Origin: Octopus vulgaris
Taxonomy: Eukaryota
Assembly: GCA_951406725.2 (NCBI GenBank)
Contig: OX597839.1
Location: 39,556,001-39,620,000, forward strand
DNA: 64,000 bases
Direction: 5' to 3'
Below are positions 54,507 to 64,000 of this stretch, in pieces. Every line of letters begins with the position of its first letter. The first letter of the stretch is position 1. A program made the translations under genes and the position numbers. Below the pieces are notes generated by a model that worked only from the letters and a program-made list of their open reading frames with translations, did not search any database and had not been told where the DNA came from.

Positions 54507-54556
54507 CAAAACCTGTTACTCTGAGTTTCACGTTCCCGTTCGTCGGACAGTTTTTG
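54507..54556 (-). ncRNA. Type-I hammerhead-like fold forming most of an ~80-bp (TA)n insert (H4)
   Basis: CAAAA-A-CUGU-CCGACGA-ACG-GGAA-CGU-GAAA-CUC-A-GAG-UA-ACAG-G-UUUUG: all three helices pair, GNRA loop on helix II. Confidence 0.7.
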
Positions 54557-54575
54557 CTATATATATATACATATA

Positions 54576-54621
<46 letters not shown>

Positions 54622-54655
54622 ATATTATATATATCTATATATAATGATATATAAA

Positions 54656-54905
54656 CATCATCATCATCATTTAACGTCCATTGTCCATGGTGACATGGGT
54701 TGGTCGTTTTGACTAGACTGGCATGCTGGAAGGCTGCGCCAGGCTCCAATCTGATTTAGTGTTGTTTTCTCCGGCTGGATGCCCTTCCTAACACCAACCG
54801 CCCCGAGATTGTAATGGGTGCTTTTTACGTGCCATGGGCACGGGTGCCATTTGAGTGACACCGGTATCTGCCACGACTGCGATTTTGCTCCGTTTGATGG
54901 GTCTT
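54656..54905 (-). mobile_element. Family C retroposon 3' end
   Basis: CATCATTTAACGTCC...GGATGCCCTTCCTAACACCAACC. Confidence 0.82.
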
Positions 54906-54980
54906 ATATAAATAATAAATAATATATAAATATATGCATATATATATATATATATATATACATATATGTGCATAACTACA

Positions 54981-55057
<77 letters not shown>

Positions 55058-55290
55058 AGAGAGAGAGCGTGTTCTGTATCCATATGCATATATAGATGCA
55101 GGGCATAAAAAGACGTCAACAAAATGAGAAACGGGAACATAAAAATCAAAAAGATAGAAAACGAACTTTTTTCGGACAACGAAAGAAACAAACAGAGAAA
55201 CGAGACAGGAAACATAAAGAACATTCCCTTCATCAGTTGTGCCCTGTTTTATCTACACCGCGTTTCGAAGGTAGGGACAATAAATATATT

Positions 55291-55689
55291 GGCTGTGTGG
55301 TAAGTAGCTTGTTTACCAACCACATGGTTCCTGGTTCAGCCACACTGCGTGGCACCTAGGGCAAGTGTCTTCTACTATAGTCTCGGGCCGACCAAAGCCT
55401 TGTGAGTGGATTTGGTAGACGGAAACTGAAAGAAGCCCGTCGTATATATGTATATATATATATATGTGTGTGTGTGTGCTTGTGTGTCTGTATTTGTCCC
55501 CCTAGCATTGCTTGACAACCGATGCTGGTGTGTTTATGTCCCCGTAACTTAGCGGTTCGGCAAAAGAGACCGATAGAATAAGTACTGGGCTTACAAAAGA
55601 ATAAGTCCCGGGGTCGAGTTTCTCGATTAAAGGCGGTGCTCCAGCATGGCCGCAGTTAAATGACTGAAACAAGTAAAAGAGTAAAAGAG

Positions 55690-55690
<1 letters not shown>
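55291..55690 (+). mobile_element. SINE A
   Basis: Match from GGCTGTGTGG to tail. Confidence 0.92.
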
Positions 55691-55758
<68 letters not shown>

Positions 55759-57094
55759 ATGAGTGAGTTATCCTTTTTTTACAGTTAACATTCTATGTAT
55801 GTATGTATGAATGTATGTATGTATGTGTACATGCACACGCACAGAAATAGTCGGAAATACAAAATAATATCGAGCAGTTTATTTCGTATGTTTTCATTTG
55901 TCTTACTCACTTTTACATTTTGGCGTTTTGCTGATAATTTTTTTTCTCGAGAACGCATCCTTCGTGGTAATGGCGATTTGACGTCTATTTGGTTATTCCT
56001 CTTAATTTTGTATATATATATATATATATATATATATACTGATGATTAAAAAAAGACAGTGGTATATAATAAGTAAAAATTTCCAAAACCATGCCTCATG
56101 TGCATCGCGGAAAACTACAATTTATCCACACGATGCCTTATGTGCATCGTAGAAAATTACGATATATGTATCTTCAACGGGAAAGTGGACATAAAAGATT
56201 TATTTTTGAATACTGGTTTGAATAACAAGCAGGATAAATATCTAGTAATGTTTTATCATTGGCTGTTATATTATGCCGACTAATTAACAGAAGTGAAACT
56301 TAGATGGACATGAAAAAATGCGGCCAAGGCATTTCTCTTTGAAGTAAAGAGTGATAATGATTAATGGAAAAGAGATGTGAGTGCAACAATTGGGAAGAAC
56401 GCAAGAGCAGAAAAAGGATATTTAGAGAGGTAATGCACAACAACACAGACTAACAACGTAGTGAAACCGGATATAGTAATGAAATCGTTCAACAGAAACA
56501 AAAGAGCCGAGATATTGGCCAATGAAAAGCGACATTGTTAGAACAATGAAAATCTAATTACTTTAAAAGTACTTCGAAAAGGGGCAAATAAAATCGTTGT
56601 TATACAAGAGCAGGCGTCAGCGTCATCACTTGGGACAAAGATATCGGCGAGCATGAGTGCCATCGTCATCATTATAACAAAAAATGTTATAAAACTGAGG
56701 TAGGTGTCACTGTCATCGCATGGGATAAAGATGTTTATGCAAATACAAAGTTAGTTGTCAGCGTCATCGTGAAAGGCTGATGTTAATGAAGATAAATATG
56801 TCGAAAGTGATGTCAGAGGAAATTATGACGAATGAGATTGTTCTGATGTTGAATTTGATAATGATGATGATGATGATGACGTTAATGATGATGAATATGA
56901 TGATGATGACGTTAATGATGATGAATATGATGATGTAAGTGGCGATGACATTAACGGTAATGAAGATAATAACGATGGCGATAGTAGTGGTTATGGTACT
57001 GATGATGATAACGATGAGGATGATCACGGTGTATCAAGATGATGGTGAAAACAATAAAAACAACAACAACAACAACAACAATAATAATAATAAT

Positions 57095-57676
57095 GATTTC
57101 AAATTTTGGCACAAGGGCAGCAGTTTTGGGGGAGGGGTTAAGTCGATTACATCGACCCCGGTGTTCGACTGGTACTTATTTTATCGACCCCGAAAGGATG
57201 AAAGGCAGAGTCGACCTCGGCGGAATTTGAACTCAGATCGTAAAGATGGACGAAATACCTATTTCTTTACTATCCACAAGGGGCTAAACACAGAGGAGAC
57301 AAACAAGGACAGACAGACGGATTAAGTCGATTATATCGACCCCAGTGCGTAACTGGTACTTAATTTATCGGCCCCGAAAGGATGAAAGGCAAAGTCGACT
57401 TCGGCGGAATTTGAACTCAGAACGTAACGGCATACGAAATACCTATTTCTTTAATACCCACATGGGGCTAAACACAGAGGAGATAAACAAGGACAGACAG
57501 ACGGATTAAGTCGATTATATCGACGCTAGTGCGTAACTGGTACTTAATTTATCGACCCCGAAAGGATGAAAGGCAGAGTCGACCTCGGCGGAATTTGAAC
57601 TCAGATCGTAAAGATGGACGAAATACCGTTAAGCATTTCCCCCAGCGTGCTAACGATTCTGCCAGCTCGCTATCTT
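57095..57676 (-). mobile_element. SINE B with three tandem units
   Basis: GGAATTTGAACTCAG recurs at ~184-bp spacing; head at right end. Confidence 0.92.
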
Positions 57677-57888
57677 AATGATAATAATGATTTCATTTAT
57701 TTCCCACCAAGGGGACAATGTAAAAGCATGCATAAAATTTAGGGGGTTACATATAATGAAAGGATAAGAAAAATTCTTTTTTAAATTTTGACACGAAAAT
57801 CCAGCAATTTTCATTTGTTTGTAGGGTTGGGGAGCAAGTCGACTACATTGGCCCCTGTATTCGACAGGTACTCATTTGATCGACACTT

Positions 57889-58258
57889 ATGTGCATCTCT
57901 GATCACGTGCAGAAGTAGTGGGGGAGCATCATAGCCATGTGTTGACAGGAATTCTTTGGGGGTTGAATAATTCTCCTTTGGAAACATAGGTGTATCGTTC
58001 AACATCCTTAAACAACCCTTATTCAGGGACCTTTTGAGCCGGACGGGCTATACGACCTGAAGAAAATTCTAACTGGGGCCCTCCTGCAAGGGCATGCGCT
58101 GTTTATCTTGATATGAGATCACCAAGCCACGCACATATGTTTGTGATGCATGTACCTGGTGTACCCTTATCAGATGGGGAGTCACGATGGTTATACTGGA
58201 CTTCGTATATTTTACCCCAGTGTCACTTTGATGAAATGCGCTACTCTCTCACTCAGTA
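57889..58258 (+). mobile_element. Family F retroposon, 3' part
   Basis: Homologous to 48225-48595; overlaps 59911-60121 through ATCTCTGATCACG. Confidence 0.85.
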
Positions 58259-58280
58259 ATAATAATTATTCTAATAATAT

Positions 58281-58706
58281 CAATAATAATTGGAGCATTG
58301 GGCATGATAAAAAACATGAACAAAAACGTATAAGCTACATCTAGATTCTCAACACTACATACTATCCAAAAATAGCCCTGCTAGGAACAGCACACATCCT
58401 ACACAAGACACTATTAATTCAATAATACAATCTAAACAAACTAACCCACAAACACAAGACACTCTATTCAGTAACTATCCAGTAAAATAAACTTCCACCA
58501 GCAATCATATTAACCAACGCATTACACACTCAACACAATACAATTAGTAATATAACAAAAGAATGCACCATACCTCAACGGAGAAGAAAACCGATACAAT
58601 ACAACAACAAAAAAGAACATACAATGCTGCACACATCCCAGCAACACGGAGATATAGCAAGAGATGCAGTAGAAATTTGCTTCAAATTACCCAATGTTGA
58701 ACAATG

Positions 58707-58756
<50 letters not shown>

Positions 58757-58802
58757 CATAATAATAATAATCATAATAATAATAATAATCATAATAATAA
58801 TA

Positions 58803-58851
<49 letters not shown>

Positions 58852-59163
58852 GATTCTGTTATTGTGGATGCCCTAGGTGTGATAAAAAACGGATGCTAAA
58901 AACATTTAAATAAGGATCCCAGGAGCACCATATCTCAGAGAAATACAAAAGATTGTGCTGACAAGTAATTCCCACATTCTTAGAAAAATTTCATCCTTTT
59001 AAATGTCTGTGTTGTATTGCATGAAAATATTTCGCTCCTGCTTCAGCTACTCCCCACCCTCCAAGCATTCAGTCATACTGCAATAGCTCTTATCCTTCAC
59101 TCGCTCGAGGAAGGCTAGGTGTGTCTCGGCAAGTGACTGTAACAAACATGCAGATTAAAAGTA

Positions 59164-59165
<2 letters not shown>
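58281..59165 (+). mobile_element. Two R4/Dong-type 3' fragments in (TAA)n (58281-58705; 58851-59165)
   Basis: Decayed IIIGALGMIK...IALLGTAHILHKTL and VIVDALGVIK...PGAPYLREIQKIVL...HILRK, each followed by a 3' UTR and (TAA)n. Confidence 0.78.
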
Positions 59166-59219
<54 letters not shown>

Positions 59220-59234
59220 TAATAATAATAATAA

Positions 59235-59540
59235 TACTTTCTACTATAGGCACAAGGCCTGAAATTTGGCGGAGAGGAATAGTTGATTGCATTGACTCCA
59301 GTGTTTCACTAGTACTTAATTTATCGATCAGTATTTTCTACTAAAAGTACAAGGCATGAAATTTTGGGCGAGGGGTAAATCGATTACATCGAGCCCTGTG
59401 TTCAACTGGTATTTATTTTTATCGAACTCGAAATGATGAAAGGGCAAGACGGCCTCGCTGGCATTTTAAATCCGACGGACGAAATACCGCGCAGCACTTC
59501 GGCCGCGGTGCTCACGATTCTACCAGCTCGCTGCCTTAAT
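59235..59540 (-). mobile_element. SINE B, degenerate, duplicated tail
   Basis: CCAGCTCGCTGCCTT head end; two ACAAGGC(C/A)TGAAATTT tails. Confidence 0.75.
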
Positions 59541-59543
59541 AAT

Positions 59544-59611
<68 letters not shown>

Positions 59612-59857
59612 CTGCAGCTGTCATTATTTTCGTTTTTTTCTTTCTTCTTTTTTCTTTTAGTGCCCCAGCATGGCCACAGCTCGTGAGCTGAAACTAGAAT
59701 CAATCAATCAATCAATCACTAGTACAACACTCAAAAAAGCCCCCAAATATATGGCACACTAGGCATAACAACAACATGAACTTCCAGCCTGGTGTCTCTT
59801 GAGGTCTGTGGGTGAGACTTGGAGCCAACTTGTACAAATATAAAGCAAAAGTCAAAC

Positions 59858-59910
<53 letters not shown>

Positions 59911-59913
<3 letters not shown>

Positions 59914-60121
59914 GCCCTGATGCAGTACCAGACAGTGGCCCTCATGTCTTCTGATCTTAACTGATTGGAAGTGTTATCATGTACATTGTTTTGTCTTGGT
60001 ATAAAAGATGGGCTACAGCAAATATTCTGCTCAATACCACAGATTTGCTTGTCAGTTGTTTGACCTTAACCAGTTGAGCATGTCCCTTAGTGGCTGATGA
60101 TATGTGAATCTCTGATCACGA
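59911..60121 (+). mobile_element. Family F upstream part
   Basis: Begins directly after (TAA)n and ends in ATCTCTGATCACG shared with the 57889 copy. Confidence 0.6.
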
Positions 60122-60697
60122 TGATGATGAGGGCGATGATGGTGATGGACGAGAATACTGAGGATAATAATGACAACGGTGTTAATGGTGATGATGGCGA
60201 CGGCGACGATAATGACTGCAACGGTGACGATGATGATAATGATGACGATGACGATGATGATGATGATGATGATGACGATGATGATGATGATGATGATGAT
60301 GATGACGATGATGATGATGATGACGATGATGACGATGATGATGATGATGATGATGACGACGATGATGATGATGACGATGATGATGACGATGATGATGACG
60401 ATGATGATGATGATGACGATGATAGTGTTGACGAAGGCAATAATGATGAAGCTGATGAAAATAATGCTGATGACGACAATGACGATGATGATTGTGATGG
60501 ATGATGACTATAATGAATTTGATGTGACACCGTTGACAATCAAGCTGCTGCTGCTGATGGTAATTATAGTACGATGATGATGATGATGAGGAGGAGGAGG
60601 AGGAGGAAGATGGCGATAATGACAACGGCGACGATGATGGAGATGATGATAATGACGCTGGAGATGGTAGTGGTAATGATAGTAGCAGTAGCAGCAG

Positions 60698-60735
<38 letters not shown>

Positions 60736-60760
60736 GTAGTAGTAGTAGTGATAATAACAG
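60121..60760. repeat. (GAT/GAC), (GAG), (TTA), (TAG) microsatellite field
   Basis: Direct reading. Confidence 0.95.
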
Positions 60761-61047
60761 CAGTGATCGTGTAAAACAAAGCTCGGTTACGCTAACCTGC
60801 TGTAAATCGGTTGTAATTAATTGCAAATCGCTTACACATTACATCGATAAGCGGCATGGGGTAACATCACGCACACGCGTACATACATACATATATACAT
60901 ACATATATGCACGCACTTGCAAATATATACACACATGTGCACATATACATACACATGCAAATATATACACACATGTATATATACTTCTACATACACATGG
61001 GCATATATATATATACATACACATATATACATATATATACACACATG

Positions 61048-61092
<45 letters not shown>

Positions 61093-61213
61093 TACATTCA
61101 GGCATTATAGAGTTGTACACACACACATTCACAAGTACACACACACACACACACATATATGCACATGTACATACAATACCTATGTATATAAACATATATA
61201 TGCTCATATATGG

Positions 61214-61254
<41 letters not shown>

Positions 61255-62173
61255 AATACACGCATATACATACATTCATGCATGTATATATATATATATA
61301 TACATACACATGCACATATACATTCGTGCGTGTATATTCATATAGATATACATAAAAGCATACATACACACATATACATACACACACAAATATCTAAAAA
61401 TTCATGCACAATCAGAGATATACGTACCCCCTGCCAACCACTCCACCCCCAATATATTTCCAGTTACCCCCACACCTCCTCACCGAACCATCGTACGATC
61501 AACTCCTTTGTGACCCCCTCCTCATAATACTTCCCATGCTTTTCCCCGTTTTCGCCCGCCCCCCTCCAATTCGCTTCTCTTCTCTAACCATGCAATGCTA
61601 CATCACTTCACAATTCGTACCGAAAGCCCTTATTCTTTCTCTAACGCACACGCAGGCGTACATACACGCAATCATTTAGACGCGCTCATAAATGCATATA
61701 CATACATACATAAATATCATACTATACTATGTGTGTGTGTATACATGCAGACACACACACACTCAAATATGTATATTTATATATATATATATGTATATAT
61801 TTATATCTATCTATATAAATACATATATATATATTTCTATCTATCTATCTATCTATCTATCTATATATTTATATATATAAACATACACATGCACATACAC
61901 ACTAAAGTGTGTGTATATATATATACATACACATTCATAGACATATATATATATATATATATATATATACCTGAACGTTATATATATAGAGAGAGATAGA
62001 TATAGTTATTTGCCCATGCATTATCACACACACACATACAAACATATATACATACACAAGATATGTACACCCATAGCCATACACACTTACACATATAAGA
62101 GCAAACACACACACATATACATACAATGCCTAATACATACATATATACATACATACATACATACATACATACA

Positions 62174-62219
<46 letters not shown>

Positions 62220-62598
62220 CATACACTCATGCATGCATTCGTAATTACACAGGCACACACACACACGTTAACACATACACACAAGGATGCATAATTATAT
62301 GCAGACATATATATACACAAATACGGAAAAATAAAATATGGTATAATTACACAGATTTACCAATCGAATGTGGAGGAAACATTTTATTGTTTAATTAGCG
62401 ATCGTATTAGATGGGGATGTACGTTGCGTAAGAGTGTATATGCATAAATGTGCAGTCATATACATGCATATATGCAAATATATGCATAAATACACGTATA
62501 TATACACACACACACACTACACTTATTTATGTGCGTATGCATGCAAACATAGTAACACGCACACACACACATACACACAGACAGACAGACGTGTATAT

Positions 62599-62755
62599 AG
62601 GTGTGACTGCGTGGTAAGAAGATTACTTCCCAACCACATGGTTCCGGGTTCAGTCCCACTGCGTGGTACCTTGGGCAAAGTGTCTTCTACTACAGCCTCG
62701 GTCCTACTCAAGCCTTGTGAGTGGATTTGGTAGACGGAAACTGAAAGAAGCCCGT
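62599..62755 (+). mobile_element. SINE A 5' half
   Basis: CCACATGGTTCCGGGTTCAGTCCCACTGCG...GAAAGAAGCCCGT. Confidence 0.88.
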
Positions 62756-62897
62756 TCTACATATGCCTGCTGTATGTATGTATGTATGTATTCAAAAATG
62801 GAACTTCTACTATTCCTCGCCATGAATTACCATCGAACATTCTCATTCTCAGCTGTTAAAGGGACATTGCCTATAACAGTATTGTTCATCTGATCAT

Positions 62898-63124
62898 GGC
62901 GAGCTGGCAGAATCGCTAGCATGCCGGGCGAAATGCTTAGCGGTATTTCGTCTGCGTTACGTTGTGAGTTCAAATTCCGCCGAGGTCGACTTTGCCTTTC
63001 ATCCTTTCGGGGTCGATAAATTAAGTACCAGTTACGCAATGGGGTCGATATAATCGACTTAATCCGTTTGTCTGTCCTTGTTTGCCCCCTCTGTGTTTAG
63101 CCCCTTGTGGGTAGTAAAGAAATA
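62898..63124 (+). mobile_element. SINE B monomer
   Basis: Complete head-core-tail match. Confidence 0.92.
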
Positions 63125-63222
63125 TGATCTATTCAACGCATTCCCATCTTATTCCGACCCTCCCCTCATTCTCGACAAACTAAAATACATTTCTCTCGCT
63201 TTTCCATCTCTCTGACTTCTCC

Positions 63223-63310
63223 CTCTCTGATGACGAAATACTCGGCCTTTTGAATCCTTACTCAATACCATGATCCATAAGCTTGACTATTCTAGAAACA
63301 GCTGTAAGAG
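63223..63310 (+). ncRNA. Type-I hammerhead with canonical CUGAUGA core and long imperfect helix II (H6)
   Basis: CUCU-CUGAUGA-[61 nt]-GAAA-CAGCUG-UA-AGAG; helix I CUCU/AGAG, palindromic ACAGCUGU helix III. Confidence 0.6.
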
Positions 63311-63379
63311 ACTCTCTTTTACTCTCTTACTTGTTTCAGTCATTTGACTGTGGCCATGCTGGAGCACCTCCTTTAGTCC

Positions 63380-63646
63380 GAGCAAGGTTGTTTATGGAAG
63401 ACCAACAGTCGCCCATCCATACCGGCCTCCCCACTCTATGCCACCAGTGTTATCCAAGGGAAAGGCAAAGAACGATTAAGTTTGGCACCTGTGACATCGC
63501 AACTCGTTTCTACAGCTGAGTGAACTGGAGCAACGTAAAATAAAGGGTCTTGCTCAAGAACACATCACGCAGCCCTGTACGGGATTCGAGCTCACAACCT
63601 CACAATCGTAAGCTCGACGCTCTAACCACTGAGCCATCCGCCTTCA
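63380..63646 (-). mobile_element. SINE D 5' part, fused to a SINE A tail (63312-63380)
   Basis: Homologous to ~33080-33337; minus head GGCTCAGTGGTTAGAGCG...GAGCTCGAATCCC. Confidence 0.82.
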
Positions 63647-64000
63647 CACATACACACACATATACACACATACACACAGATATTAAAATTTTAATTGCTT
63701 CTTTTCTGAGAATTCGAAACAATACTGGTTATAAGAAATTAGGTTAAGTGATTGTTCGTACTTTTATCTTGTACTTCAATGTGCCGAAGTGAAGTCTCAT
63801 TCTTCAGGAAATTTTTCGGAGATCTGGTATTATGAAATGGATTTCTTTTCTGTAGTGTGTGCGTATGTTATACGTATTTATAGAAGATTGCTTTGCTCGC
63901 GCAGGGTAGCATTTTTATAATAGCCAATCAGCCGTGTGGTGCTCGATTCTGTTGTGAATACGTGATTTGGTATTGCTAATGTTGATGGCGTCTTTTATTT

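Overview
Eukaryotic, AT-rich, very repeat-dense DNA whose repeat families and microsatellite load match an octopus (coleoid cephalopod) genome; the taxon is inferred from recalled repeat families. Almost all ORFs in the supplied track are microsatellite artefacts. Recognisable content: >20 copies or fragments of one tRNA-headed SINE (A), a Meta-domain-like SINE (B) forming internal ~185-bp tandem arrays, other SINEs/retroposon 3' ends (C-F), and decayed RTE, L1/Tx1, R4/Dong, Penelope-like RT and two mariner fragments. No intact known host gene is recognisable. Scattered minus-strand signals (TATA+Inr, phase-compatible small exons, a TACTAAC branch point, a CAG|GTGAGT recursive-splice-like site) suggest a small, alternatively spliced gene at ~2-22 kb (hypothesis). 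Most notable: several unrelated short non-coding elements, mostly inside (TA)n tracts, each carry a minimal type-I hammerhead ribozyme fold with palindromic helix III and unusual core variants (U3-A8 covariation, C4, extra A after A9). One is fused to a perfect 182-bp palindrome. A pre-miRNA-like hairpin and a multi-hairpin structured segment are also present. Repeat boundaries were read by eye (about +/-10-20 bp).
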